The notes below the pieces were generated by a model, which saw only the letters and a list, made by a program, of their open reading frames with translations, had not been told where the DNA came from and ran no database searches. Position numbers and translations under genes: made by a program. Positions 9,930 through 20,161 of a DNA stretch of 64,000 bases are shown piece after piece. The stretch covers positions 35,415 to 99,414 of the forward strand of contig JBDXGZ010000018.1 in the NCBI GenBank assembly GCA_039989855.1, given 5' to 3'. This stretch comes from Maricaulaceae bacterium. Its GTDB lineage: Bacteria; Pseudomonadota; Alphaproteobacteria; Caulobacterales; Maricaulaceae. Every line of letters starts with the position of its first letter. The stretch's first letter is position 1.

Positions 9930-10766
9930 ATGCTCACGGATACTCTTAAGCCAAATATGCAAGTTTCTGGTGATGTTACAGCCAAACTTAATTACATCAA
10001 GCCAGACAGTACACTCACCCCCGAGGTTATCTATTCAGGCGGCGATGCCCCGCAAAGCTATAATGAAGCTTATGCTTTTATGGAGGCCCCGATTTATGAC
10101 GGCCGCGCCCATAGCGACACATTTGATATTCACAAACAAGGTTTCCAGTTGATCACCTCTCCGACACAGGTCCGCGACTTTTCAATCCAAGAAAATATCG
10201 AAGGCCCTTATTACGACGAAGTCAAAGCTATAGTTCGAAATGTAACGGGCGCAAAAGAGGTTTTTGTATTTGATCATATTGTCAGGCTTGGCGAGAATAA
10301 TAGCCGCCGTAAACCCGCCCATCATGTTCATAATGATTATTCGGAACGCACCGCCCATATCCGCGCCGAAGAACGCATTGGCGCCGCAAATTTCGCCGCG
10401 TTGAAACATCGCCGCATGATACAAATTAATGTCTGGCGACCATTGGTGGAGCGCGTTCAGCGCTCGCCCTTGGCCTTTTGTGATGCGGCGACAATTGAAG
10501 TGAAAGACCTCATTCCAACGAAAATACTTTTTCCAGATACAGGCCATGTCGGCGAAATTTATGCGCTGCGTAAAAACCCAAACCAGCGTTGGTCATATTT
10601 CTCTGAAATGACCCATGACGAAGTTGCACTAATAAAAGGCTATGATGACAGCCTCACGGAAGGTGTCGCTCGCTTTACCCCACATACAGCCTTTGAATAT
10701 TCCGACCAAGATCCGAGCGTTGGCCCACGTAAAAGTATAGAAACACGCACCTTTGCGTTTTACTAA
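9930..10766 (+). CDS. CmcJ/NvfI-family (AsaB-like) oxidoreductase/hydroxylase-like protein
   Basis: LNYIKP near the N-terminus, HVHNDYS, INVWRPL, FCDAATI, RFTPHTAFEY and C-terminal SIETRTFAFY fit my recollection of this family. The ORF opens at TTG 9921; the first ATG is at 9930. Confidence 0.55.
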   Translation: MLTDTLKPNMQVSGDVTAKLNYIKPDSTLTPEVIYSGGDAPQSYNEAYAFMEAPIYDGRAHSDTFDIHKQGFQLITSPTQVRDFSIQENIEGPYYDEVKAIVRNVTGAKEVFVFDHIVRLGENNSRRKPAHHVHNDYSERTAHIRAEERIGAANFAALKHRRMIQINVWRPLVERVQRSPLAFCDAATIEVKDLIPTKILFPDTGHVGEIYALRKNPNQRWSYFSEMTHDEVALIKGYDDSLTEGVARFTPHTAFEYSDQDPSVGPRKSIETRTFAFY

Positions 10767-11171
10767 ACATTAAACCAAGCCCACTGAAACCTATATTTTT
10801 AGAAACATTATTGGCCTTCTTCACGCCTCTTAGATGTCGCGGCTCTTTATCGTCTTAGTAACCAATGTATTGTCCAATGATATATGGATAAATGGGCATA
10901 TTATTGTGAACATACAGAATGTAACCTTTCAGCGTTACATTGGCACCAAAGCTTACAGAACGTGATGCCTACTGACTCTCTATGAGATGCAACATAAGCC
11001 AAAAGCCGCATTGATGCCCCGACCTAATTTTGGGACATAGGCGCTGGTGTCAGGCAATTTTCAGTAGATTACCGTTTAAGATAAAAGATTGATAACCCTA
11101 AAATAATTTAGAGCATCATCACAAACGTAAGCCTTGTAAATTCTGCAATTAAGTGTTTATGTCTTACGCTA

Positions 11172-11783
11172 ATGACCTCTAAAATACTAATTGTAGATGA
11201 CCACCCCCTAGCCCAGCAGGGAATAAAATCTGTTATCGAGTCTCTACCAGAATTCACGGTTTGTGGAATTCTTGATCGTGCTAGCGCGGTTTTACCATTT
11301 ATTAAAACTCAACTACCAGATATAATTCTCTTAGACTTAAATTTACCTGACCGTAACGGTCTAGATATTTTAGCCGAACTTGTTGGCGCCTTTGACTTAA
11401 CTATAATTATATTAACCGGGGAAGCGAACGCTAAAAAAATAAATAGATGCTTAAACCTTGGCGTGAGAGGAATCGTCAGCAAGGGAGACAAGAGCCAAAA
11501 CATTGTTGATGCAATGAGGCAAGCATTGGTCGGTGATATTTACCTATCCCCAGATATCATCAGTATCACAAGAGCAGCCAAACAATCAAAAATTGACTTA
11601 TCACCTCGTCAGATGGCTATCTTACATTTTCTATCAGATGACATAACAAACAAAGAAATAAGCTATAGATTAAAAATAGCCGCGCCTACAGTTTCATTTC
11701 ACATTGGTGAAATTAGAAAAAAACTAAACGTCTCTAATAATAAGAAAATTCTATCACGAGCTAAAGAGCTTGATTTGATTTAG
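11172..11783 (+). CDS. Response regulator, REC domain plus LuxR/FixJ-type HTH
   Basis: KILIVDDHPL, acceptor-Asp context IILLDLNLPD, C-terminal LSPRQMAILHFL...ISYRLKIAAPTVSFHIGEIRKKL. AT-rich codon usage. Confidence 0.85.
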   Translation: MTSKILIVDDHPLAQQGIKSVIESLPEFTVCGILDRASAVLPFIKTQLPDIILLDLNLPDRNGLDILAELVGAFDLTIIILTGEANAKKINRCLNLGVRGIVSKGDKSQNIVDAMRQALVGDIYLSPDIISITRAAKQSKIDLSPRQMAILHFLSDDITNKEISYRLKIAAPTVSFHIGEIRKKLNVSNNKKILSRAKELDLI

Positions 11784-14007
11784 CCTCTATCAACATTATC
11801 TGTGCAGCATACTCTTTACATAAAGGCATATACATTACCATTTGATAGTTAGAACTAATGCGATCCCTTGCAACGGCTGAATCATCATAAGTCACAGCAA
11901 TCCGCTTTGAATGATTAAATACATCAAAAGAATCATCATCCTCATAAGGGTCATATTCTTCAATATCAATTTCAGGCAACAATTGACGGAATTCGTCCAA
12001 TGAACAAGGGGTGTATGTCTTTTGCATTGGTAGGCTTACAGTCACCTTGGCATTACCCTTCTTGCCCGACGATATAGTTACAAGCCCACCGATACTATTA
12101 ATAAGGTTTTTTGAAAAGAGGTAGCCTGAGCCCGTACCGCTAGTTTCTATATCGCTATGGATTCTGTGTTTGTTTGCACCATTCAATTTTTTTAATATTT
12201 CTTCGGACACCCCAACACCCGTATCCTCAATCTCAATAATGTAATTCGCATCTCTTTTACACCCGCTAACTAAAACCTTACCGGCAGGTGTGAAATTCAG
12301 AGAATTACTAATAAAGTTAGAAAGACATCGAGTTAAAATGGCGAGATCGCTTATTAGAAAATCGCTTGAAGAATAATGAAAATCTAAGATCAAACCTTTT
12401 TGCAAAGCTTGTCGCTTGTACAACATATCTAATGATGTGAAAATATCATCAGAGGAAAATCGGGATAAACCAATAAACTCGGTTCCCACTAAGGCTATTC
12501 TAGCGCCTGATAAAGTCGATGATATTATTTTCTTTAGGTAATCTGATGATGATTCAATAATCTCTTTCAGTTGCGTTTCATTATTCTTATGACTCCCTTT
12601 ATTCAATAGAAAAACAGCTGAATTTAAAGCTGAAATCACTTGTCTGCTGTCATGTCCAGATGCGTGAATCAAGTTACTCTGCTGTCCAATCACGGCTATT
12701 GCGTCCGCCTTTTCTTCAGCAAGCAGCCTCGCCTTTTCGCTTAACCCTAATCGTTCTTTAAAAGACTTCGTAAGCAATGATTGGTTCTTCAAACTTTCCT
12801 TATAAATGCTACCCGTCTGCAAGCTAAGCGCGAGACTCGCAAGGATGATTTCGATTAACCCCACAGGCCCAATTAATTCAGGCACAAGCGGTAATATTTG
12901 GAATAGATCCAGTGTGTGAACTAAGCCATATAATATAAATAACGCAAAAATCATCCACGCAACGCTTAAAGGCCAATAATTCCTATTAATATTTATTGTC
13001 GCAGTAACCGCAACGTAAGGCAGTATCAGCGCAATTATTAAAGTTAATATCCAACTCATGCTCAGTGACATTACGTTGAAACCACCATTCGTGACTTGAT
13101 AGTAAACAGTGTGAAAAAATATCATGAATGCGAACAGTATTAAGACTGTTAAAGCTTTATCTATTTTTGGATAATTCTCTTTTGTGAGAATAAAATCTTT
13201 AGCAAATTTTGCCATAGAGGCTGAAAAAAAACATTTAGCCGTTATGCTAAAACTATTACTAAAAGCTGGATCACTAAACCCGTAAAAATAGTTAGCATAG
13301 CCTCCCGAACTAAATATTTCTAAAGTATAAAAAGCCTCTGCAATGGCCAACCATATGAATTCTTTTCTATTGGTAAAAACGAAAAAACTTACGTTCACGA
13401 CGACGAGAACTAATATTCCAAAAATTGACCCAAAAATTAAAGCATCTTTTATACGCCGTGTGTGATGATAATTATCAATAGTTTTCACTGAGATTGGTAA
13501 ATAAAAAGAATTCTTAGGCTCAAATACAACTGCATAGGTTTTTTCTTCATTCGGGTTCAACCTTATGGGTGACGCAAGTGTCATGTAGCTCCATGTAAGT
13601 TTTCTAACTTGCTCCAAATTTAAGTTATCTATAATTAAGTCTACACGATCATCTTTTAGTTCAAATAATTTGAGGTCATAAAAAGTTGTTCGACCCATGG
13701 AGAGTATCCAATCACCAGGTTCTTGACCGTTGTTCCTTAGCTTAAATACGACAGTTACTGGGTCCTTAGTCATACCAAATTCAATGGAGGACGAGTCTGT
13801 TCGTTGAAAAAGGTGAATGTTTTTCTCGATCGAAGGCAGAAAGAGCTCACCCTCATAGTTTTCACTGAAGTAAACATAATTATTAATTAAAGGTGAGTCC
13901 TGATCAGGCTGTAAAGGAACGGCTTCCAATTTAGCAAAACTATCTACACCCGAAAATAAGGCCAAGAATAAAACTAAGAAAAACTTACATAAATAATTCC
14001 CGACCAT
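11761..14007 (-). CDS. Sensor histidine kinase with 7TMR-DISM-type extracytoplasmic and seven-TM input modules
   Basis: Signal peptide, ~170-aa extracytoplasmic domain and seven hydrophobic helices. H-box-like ASGHDSRQ and ATPase boxes (SNSLNF, EDTGVGV, GTGSGY). 3' end overlaps the regulator gene by 23 nt. Confidence 0.7.
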   Translation of the reverse strand: MVGNYLCKFFLVLFLALFSGVDSFAKLEAVPLQPDQDSPLINNYVYFSENYEGELFLPSIEKNIHLFQRTDSSSIEFGMTKDPVTVVFKLRNNGQEPGDWILSMGRTTFYDLKLFELKDDRVDLIIDNLNLEQVRKLTWSYMTLASPIRLNPNEEKTYAVVFEPKNSFYLPISVKTIDNYHHTRRIKDALIFGSIFGILVLVVVNVSFFVFTNRKEFIWLAIAEAFYTLEIFSSGGYANYFYGFSDPAFSNSFSITAKCFFSASMAKFAKDFILTKENYPKIDKALTVLILFAFMIFFHTVYYQVTNGGFNVMSLSMSWILTLIIALILPYVAVTATININRNYWPLSVAWMIFALFILYGLVHTLDLFQILPLVPELIGPVGLIEIILASLALSLQTGSIYKESLKNQSLLTKSFKERLGLSEKARLLAEEKADAIAVIGQQSNLIHASGHDSRQVISALNSAVFLLNKGSHKNNETQLKEIIESSSDYLKKIISSTLSGARIALVGTEFIGLSRFSSDDIFTSLDMLYKRQALQKGLILDFHYSSSDFLISDLAILTRCLSNFISNSLNFTPAGKVLVSGCKRDANYIIEIEDTGVGVSEEILKKLNGANKHRIHSDIETSGTGSGYLFSKNLINSIGGLVTISSGKKGNAKVTVSLPMQKTYTPCSLDEFRQLLPEIDIEEYDPYEDDDSFDVFNHSKRIAVTYDDSAVARDRISSNYQMVMYMPLCKEYAAQIMLIEAKSNQAL

Positions 14008-14492
14008 GAAAAATACACCATAACTTTCTATCTATGCGCCTCTAGCTTTGCAGACACCTTGTTACTTCATTTTGTTGTCATTTCACATTCAACGGGTGAC
14101 AACACACTATTTTTAGCATGCATATGTTTTGGATTGTAGAACAATTCGGTATAATCGAACGTGCCCTGACTGGCAGATGAGCTTAAACGCAAGTCAATAC
14201 GCTGACGTTGGCTCATAGGACAACTGTGCCACGCCCGAAACTCTCGTGATGTTACGGCTCATATCTGACAAAACCGCTCAATAGCATAAGCTCTCTTCAA
14301 CGTTTTAATAAAGGATAAGCGCTTCAGTCTTAACTCACAAAGAACATCATGGCGTTATAATATCGATCTATCAAAAAGTTCCAGCCGCCGACAATTGGCA
14401 CCCAGTTTACAATGCACAACAGAAATAACTGTTTTCATATAAAAAAAGGCTAGTAATTTTGGTTCGAGCCTCTATATAGCTCTCACTTCTAA

Positions 14493-14569
<77 letters not shown>

Positions 14570-14593
14570 ACTTAATGACCGACTAGAGACGCC

Positions 14594-14616
14594 GCCCTGA
14601 TTTATCAGGGCTTTTC
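14594..14616. terminator. Bidirectional stem-loop GCCCTGA-TTTA-TCAGGGC plus T-run between the tRNA and the nadE 3' end
   Basis: 7-bp perfect stem read directly, followed by TTTT. Lies between convergent tRNA-fMet and nadE (stop at 14625). Confidence 0.7.
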
Positions 14617-14624
14617 CATATGTG

Positions 14625-16280
14625 TCACACCACATCCCGGTATTTATTCGTGATCGGGTAGCGGCGGTCTTTGCCGAAATTTTTTGTGCCAATTTTCACA
14701 CCGGGCGGAGCCTGACGGCGCTTATATTCAGCTATATATAAGAGATGCTGGATACGTTTTACGTCCGCCTTTGTGTGGCCGCGTGCTAGGATGTCTTCGA
14801 CGCTCGCTTCTTCCTCTATCAGGCCAAACAAAATATCGTCGAGCACATCATATTCAGGCAGACTGTCACTGTCTTTTTGATCATCGCGCAGTTCAGCTGT
14901 CGGGGGCTTGGTAATCACATCGATCGGTACGGGGGCCTCCCCGCCCAAAAGATCGTCAGGATTATGATCGTTCCGCCAATGAGCGAGGGCGAAGACTTCG
15001 GTTTTATACAAATCCTTCAGCGGATTATAACCGCCGCACATATCCCCGTAGAGCGTCGCGTACCCCACCGCCATTTCAGATTTATTACCCGTCGTCACAA
15101 GCATCGGCCCGAACTTATTAGACAAGGCCATAAGGGTTACAGCGCGAATACGCGACTGCATATTTTCTTCGGTCGTATTCGGCTCTGTGCCCTCAAAGAG
15201 CGGCGCGGTCATAGAGAGCAGCGCATCAAACCCCGCTTTGATCGGAATTATATCATAACGGCAACCGAGGGCGGCTATACAGTCTTTGGCGTCTTTCAAA
15301 CTATCATCCGATGTATAGCGCGAGGGCATCATCACGCACCAGACACGCTCTGGCCCGAGAGCGTCAACCGCAATCGCCGCAGCCATAGCGCTATCAATCC
15401 CGCCAGACAATCCTAGGATGACCTGCTTAAATCCGTTCTTATTGACGTAATCGCCAAGACCGAGACAAGCGGCGCGCCAATCCGCTTCATAGCCCGTCAG
15501 TTGTTTTTCTTGCTTGGCTTGTGTGCAAACCCATTCGCCGTCTTGTATCTCCCACGTAGCGACATCGTAATCTTCAACAAAGGATTTAAGGGCCTGCACA
15601 ATCGTGCCGTCCGCCGCCATAGAAAAGCTCGAGCCGTCAAAAACCAGTTCGTCTTGGCCGCCAATTTGGTTGACGTAGATCAGCGGCAAGCCTTCATTAT
15701 GGACTTTCTCGCCGAGGGCCTCGACACGCTCTGACAGAGCTGTGCGCCGCCACGGAGAGCCGTTAGGGGAGATCAAAAGCTCTGCTCCGTAGTCAGCAAG
15801 ATGGCTCGCGACACCCGGTTGCCACAAATCTTCGCAAATCGGAATCCCGAGCGTCACACCTTTGAACATTACGGGCTTAGGCAGTGGTCCGCGTGTGAAG
15901 ATGCGAAACTCATCAAACACGCCGTAATTAGGCAAATGATGTTTCATGCGCACATCACTAATCGCGCCGTCTTGCATAAATAAAGCCGCATTATAAAGCT
16001 GACCGTCCTCAAGCCACGGCAGATTGAAAACCACCGCAGGGCCGCCTTTGGTCTCTGCGGCAAAGCTTTCCGCCAAGGCACGGCAATCAGCCACGGCGGC
16101 AGGTTTAAGCACCAAATCCTCAGCAGGGTAGCCAATGATGCACTGCTCAGGCAGGACGAGAATATCGGCCCCGTCCGTTTTGGCGCGCGCGTAAGCCGCG
16201 CGAATTTTATCCATATTCCCAGACAGATCTCCGAGATGCGGATTAATCTGGGCCGAGGCGATTTTAAGCTGTGTGGTCAT
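14625..16280 (-). CDS. nadE: Glutamine-dependent NAD+ synthetase
   Basis: 551 aa. N-terminal nitrilase-type glutaminase domain (PICEDLW) fused to an NAD synthetase domain with the SGGIDS PP-loop. Confidence 0.9.
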   Translation of the reverse strand: MTTQLKIASAQINPHLGDLSGNMDKIRAAYARAKTDGADILVLPEQCIIGYPAEDLVLKPAAVADCRALAESFAAETKGGPAVVFNLPWLEDGQLYNAALFMQDGAISDVRMKHHLPNYGVFDEFRIFTRGPLPKPVMFKGVTLGIPICEDLWQPGVASHLADYGAELLISPNGSPWRRTALSERVEALGEKVHNEGLPLIYVNQIGGQDELVFDGSSFSMAADGTIVQALKSFVEDYDVATWEIQDGEWVCTQAKQEKQLTGYEADWRAACLGLGDYVNKNGFKQVILGLSGGIDSAMAAAIAVDALGPERVWCVMMPSRYTSDDSLKDAKDCIAALGCRYDIIPIKAGFDALLSMTAPLFEGTEPNTTEENMQSRIRAVTLMALSNKFGPMLVTTGNKSEMAVGYATLYGDMCGGYNPLKDLYKTEVFALAHWRNDHNPDDLLGGEAPVPIDVITKPPTAELRDDQKDSDSLPEYDVLDDILFGLIEEEASVEDILARGHTKADVKRIQHLLYIAEYKRRQAPPGVKIGTKNFGKDRRYPITNKYRDVV

Positions 16281-16336
16281 ATTAGCGGTCTAGCGCTCAG
16301 GCTTTCGCTGTGCAAGCAAGATTGCAGAGACAACCT

Positions 16337-16885
16337 CTATTCAACCGTCGCTTTTTTCGGGGCGTCCCCAGCGATGTGGATGGTGACCTTATCTTCACCC
16401 GCCAATCCCGAGAGTAACGTCCGACCATCTGGCATGAGGCGAAACTCGCCATACTTTGCATCCGCATAGCGCTCCGCCGTGCCTGATTGGAAATAATAGC
16501 GCGCCCCGCCGTAAGTATAACCACCCCAACGTGCGCTCGTTCTCCTGTAGCGAATGAGGCGCTCATTCTCTGCAAGGGTTTCCGCCTCACCCGCAAGACG
16601 GACAAATTTAACAATATCATCACCGTCCAGACGAATAACGGCAAGTCCTTTATCTTTAGGGGCCTTATTATTAGAGCTCTTCGGCAAAGCCTCTCGGTCA
16701 TATCTCAGCGCCATGTAATCCCCGAGAAAAAGGCCCCTGGGGTCAATGGGGCGAAGCTCAATTAAAATACGCTCACCGTTCTGTCTTATGTCTTCGGCCG
16801 CGAGCGTCCCCGATATAAATTTCAACGCGCAAAGCATAACCCCCACCGCAATCAGGCCGTACCGCCATGTTGTTTGCACACTCAT
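16337..16885 (-). CDS. GDYXXLXY-domain protein, membrane-anchored or secreted
   Basis: N-terminal hydrophobic anchor and the literal motif GDYMALRY. The start overlaps the upstream stop by 4 nt. Confidence 0.7.
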   Translation of the reverse strand: MSVQTTWRYGLIAVGVMLCALKFISGTLAAEDIRQNGERILIELRPIDPRGLFLGDYMALRYDREALPKSSNNKAPKDKGLAVIRLDGDDIVKFVRLAGEAETLAENERLIRYRRTSARWGGYTYGGARYYFQSGTAERYADAKYGEFRLMPDGRTLLSGLAGEDKVTIHIAGDAPKKATVE

Positions 16886-18867
16886 GTCGTCGCCTCCGTG
16901 GATGAGACTTGCAATAGCTTACGGCGGGAGACATGCCATATGCCGAGGAAGATTATACCCGAAATAGCCAGCACCGCCGATAGCTCCATCAAGGTGAGGC
17001 GCAGATCATAATAGGCGGCAAAGAGAAAATAGAGCGCGGCCAAACTACCGAGATGGAAATAACTACGAAGTCCTGCCGCGTAGCCGATGAGCAAGAGCAA
17101 CGCCGCCCCTGCCGCGCCGCCAGGGAGGAGCGCGACAACCCCTGTGATGGCGGCTAATATCGGCCACGGGGGTAGAGTTCGGCGCAAGCCAAGCACCCAA
17201 AACCCTGCCAATGCGGCTGCAAAGCTTGCTGTGCGGAGCGCCATAATAACCAAACTATTTTGTCCGTCCTCTAAAAGCCCGCGCGTCTCTCTTAGGAACT
17301 CGGGGTTAAACAATCCTGCAAAAAGGGCCGCGAGTAAGAAGACGACCGTCGCCGCTTTCAACCACGGTTTGCCATTTTGCGCCTCGCCCTCCTGCGGACG
17401 AATAAAGAAACAGATGCCTGCAAAGCCCGACAATATGAGGAATAAGAGCGGCTCAAGCCATAACGCCGGCAGTTGGCTATAGCCCCCGAAAGCCTCAGCG
17501 AAAATAAAGAAGACGGACGCCGCGATAATCACGCTTTGTATGACTTCCATAATGCGTTGCCGAATGAGCCATAAAACGGGCGCAGCGAGTGCGATAGATA
17601 CCAAGCCCATAAGCTCAGGCTCCCAGCCAATAAAATCCGCAAGGCCTATGGTCGCCGTGATCTGACCGATCAGTAAAAAAGTTCCAAAGAGATAACGAAG
17701 ATATGGGCTGCTCACTTTAAGGCGTCGCCAGAAAAACAGACCATAAAGCCCGAGGCCCACGACGGACATTATGAGCTCTTCAAGGCCCGAGAGCGCAGCA
17801 ATGACTCCAAGAAATGCCCCGATAAAAAGGGTAGCAAAAATAGCGGTCAAAATACCGCCAAGGGCGATTAACACATCCATATACCAAGGGGTTTTATCCG
17901 TGGATATGTCAGACTTAACATCCTCATCCGCGCCGCTCTGTGCCTCAGATGTTTGAGCTTTGATATATCCATACCGCTGACGATAATGGAGAAAAATGCG
18001 AACTAACGCAAAAGTCGCTGCACCAAAAGTCAAAGCAAGAAGAAGCATTATAGCGTAGACATGATCAAGACTGTTGATGATAACTTCAACTAACAAGGTA
18101 ACGGGCAAGCTCAAAGCGACAACGCTATATAGACTTAGCGCAGCCAAAGCTTCACGCCGCATATAAAGCCACACGGCCACGCCTAACGTGATCACACTCG
18201 CCACTATTAATATCCAAAGTTTCGCCCCGTCCCAGATGGAAAATTGCAGGCTTAGAAGAAGAAACCCTGCCGCCACTAAGGCCACCGCTGTCGACAACCA
18301 TATGGGAGCCTTAAGCCGTACAGCTGCAACAAAGATAAGCGAGAAAATCGCACCCCATGACAAAACCATAAGCTCTGTCCCCATATCGTTATAAAGCGCA
18401 CCTAAATACTGTCCCGCTGGATTTGCTGATATGCCAAAAATTAGCGCAATCCATACCGCCCAATGCGCCGCATGTTTAGAGGCGAGTACGAATGGCAGCC
18501 CCAACACTGCCCATATGATCAGCAGATCTTGTAGACCGCCCGGCGCTTGATAGAGCTGCCCCGCCGCGGCAAGCCAGACACCGATCAGGACTTGCGCGGC
18601 GATACCCGCCATAACCGCGCCCGTGGTTTTATCCAGACCGAGTTTTATCCAAAGCCCAACGGCGGCGAGCAAGAGCGCGCCAATGCCGAGTAATTTCCCA
18701 ACGGTTGAGAGATAGGTTAAATTATGAGCCGTAAACGTCACTATGGCGGCCAACAGGCTGACGAGGCCAAAAATGAAAATTAGGCGAAGACCGCGGATAT
18801 GCCAAATTTGTGTATCTCGATTATCCATGTCTAAAGACAACACGTTCTGCGCTACATTTATATCCAT
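16882..18867 (-). CDS. Large polytopic membrane protein (DUF2157/DUF4401-like partner of GDYXXLXY proteins)
   Basis: 661 aa, almost entirely hydrophobic helices with one short acidic cytoplasmic linker (SEAQSGADEDVKSD). The family assignment is recalled from typical neighbourhoods and was not searched. Confidence 0.5.
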   Translation of the reverse strand: MDINVAQNVLSLDMDNRDTQIWHIRGLRLIFIFGLVSLLAAIVTFTAHNLTYLSTVGKLLGIGALLLAAVGLWIKLGLDKTTGAVMAGIAAQVLIGVWLAAAGQLYQAPGGLQDLLIIWAVLGLPFVLASKHAAHWAVWIALIFGISANPAGQYLGALYNDMGTELMVLSWGAIFSLIFVAAVRLKAPIWLSTAVALVAAGFLLLSLQFSIWDGAKLWILIVASVITLGVAVWLYMRREALAALSLYSVVALSLPVTLLVEVIINSLDHVYAIMLLLALTFGAATFALVRIFLHYRQRYGYIKAQTSEAQSGADEDVKSDISTDKTPWYMDVLIALGGILTAIFATLFIGAFLGVIAALSGLEELIMSVVGLGLYGLFFWRRLKVSSPYLRYLFGTFLLIGQITATIGLADFIGWEPELMGLVSIALAAPVLWLIRQRIMEVIQSVIIAASVFFIFAEAFGGYSQLPALWLEPLLFLILSGFAGICFFIRPQEGEAQNGKPWLKAATVVFLLAALFAGLFNPEFLRETRGLLEDGQNSLVIMALRTASFAAALAGFWVLGLRRTLPPWPILAAITGVVALLPGGAAGAALLLLIGYAAGLRSYFHLGSLAALYFLFAAYYDLRLTLMELSAVLAISGIIFLGIWHVSRRKLLQVSSTEATT

Positions 18868-18952
18868 AAAATAACGCTATGTGTTCAAAGCTTCAATGTC
18901 CAGACGTCTCTTGGCGGCCTTTATATTTGAAGTTCCGATAAAAGCTCTGGCT

Positions 18953-19876
18953 TTATAGCCCTTTCCCTAAAATCAGGGAGTCAATTTCTAAAGCCCATTC
19001 AAGCGCCCTCATGCCGTCCTCAGGGGGAATGGTCGATGATGTGCCGCCAATGACAGCATCAAAAAAAGCATGATCTGAGGCCCCCAGCGCATCACGGGCT
19101 CGCGGGTCATCTCCAAAATTTTCATTGAGCATGAAGGGCGAATTATTGACCAAGGTTTTGGCGTTGAAATCTATTTCAATCGTACCCTCAGGGTAGACAA
19201 TCAACATTGTACGGCGGGCCTCATTCGCCACACGGCTCGTATGAATAACGGCTTTCGTTTTATCAAAAATAAGCTCTGCACGTGAGTGATCAATAAATGC
19301 TGTTTCCACCGAACGTCCTGTCGCCAAAACCCCGAGCGGTTCCCCGCCCATCAACCACATAACCATATCCATATCATGCACCGCCAAATCGAGTGTTGAC
19401 GACACATCTGTACAACGTGGACTATAAGGACTCTCACGATAAAGCTCTATCAGTTTTGGTTTTGAGACGATTGAGTTAAGCCCAATGGCTTCAAGGACGT
19501 AACGTTCCTGATGGCCCACATGCACGATTAAATTCTTTTCACGTGCCAGATCACAGATATCCTGTGCTAAAGACAGTTCATGCGCCAAAGGTTTCTCAAT
19601 CAGACAATGCCGACCTGCTTTTAATGATTGAAGGGCCAATTCAGCATGGAACGTTGCTGGGCTTGCTATGATCACGGCATCGCAAGACGCTAGGGCGTCC
19701 TCAAAGGTCTCAATGACATCAAGGCCTAATTCATCCCCAATAGAGCGAGCTCGTGATATATCAAGGTCATATATTGAAACGGAAGAAACCTTCTTATGGG
19801 CCAGAGCTTTTTGCGCGTGATATCGCCCAAAAACACCCGCACCTATAATCGCAACTTTGAGTGAGGTTAACCCCAT
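18953..19876 (-). CDS. Gfo/Idh/MocA-family NAD(P)-dependent oxidoreductase
   Basis: Rossmann start KVAIIGAGVFGRYH directly after ATG 19876. The longer ORF to 20038 only adds 54 low-complexity residues. Confidence 0.75.
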   Translation of the reverse strand: MGLTSLKVAIIGAGVFGRYHAQKALAHKKVSSVSIYDLDISRARSIGDELGLDVIETFEDALASCDAVIIASPATFHAELALQSLKAGRHCLIEKPLAHELSLAQDICDLAREKNLIVHVGHQERYVLEAIGLNSIVSKPKLIELYRESPYSPRCTDVSSTLDLAVHDMDMVMWLMGGEPLGVLATGRSVETAFIDHSRAELIFDKTKAVIHTSRVANEARRTMLIVYPEGTIEIDFNAKTLVNNSPFMLNENFGDDPRARDALGASDHAFFDAVIGGTSSTIPPEDGMRALEWALEIDSLILGKGL

Positions 19877-20161
19877 AATGAACTCCGCTAATTCGTGTGT
19901 GGGCCTACGCGGTTTTCCATAAAAATGGAAATAATATTCGCAGACGCTTATCTCATGTGATTCTTTCTTTATGGCTTTTCCGTGAGTGCGGCTAACTTTC
20001 TTAAAAAATAAGAGCGATTTAAAGTCGAAAACCCCCATAAAACCACGCTATATACAGTTTTTTGTGAGGCATGACCCTTTTCTTTACGACTTGTTAATTC
20101 TTTCCGTTAGGATTGTGTTAACGCCCTTAGGGGGATCGGATGAAACCAAAGGAGAGTATTC

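Noticed and set aside
14074-14103. Inverted repeats GTTGTCA-N16-TGACAAC (14074-14103) and AATGTAAC-N8-GTTACATT (10918-10941) as terminators or ncRNA
   Set aside because: They have short arms in AT-rich non-coding DNA and no adjacent T-run in the right position. No upstream gene reads into them. There is not enough evidence to call a feature.
14461-14470. GGTTCGAGCC, a T-loop-like string 23 nt upstream of tRNA-fMet, as a possible tRNA remnant or att site
   Set aside because: No complementary T-stem or acceptor-stem sequence surrounds it, so chance resemblance is more likely.
10767-14492. Calling the AT-rich two-component patch a tRNA-targeted integrative island
   Set aside because: I could find no integrase, no excisionase and no direct repeat of the tRNA 3' end. 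The patch also lies on the 5' side of the tRNA, not the usual 3' integration side. It is reported only as compositionally atypical.
14877-15416. 179-aa plus-strand ORF inside nadE
   Set aside because: Antisense shadow ORF. It is Arg/His-rich with no recognisable fold, while nadE on the opposite strand has clear motifs.
19877-20038. N-terminal ORF extensions offered by the six-frame track (also 23417-23518, 41224-41463, 51569-51706, 54323-54454, 50622-50657, 57261-57275)
   Set aside because: In each case the conserved domain begins right after an internal ATG that has a better RBS or a stop/start junction with the upstream gene. The extra residues overlap neighbouring genes or look non-protein-like.
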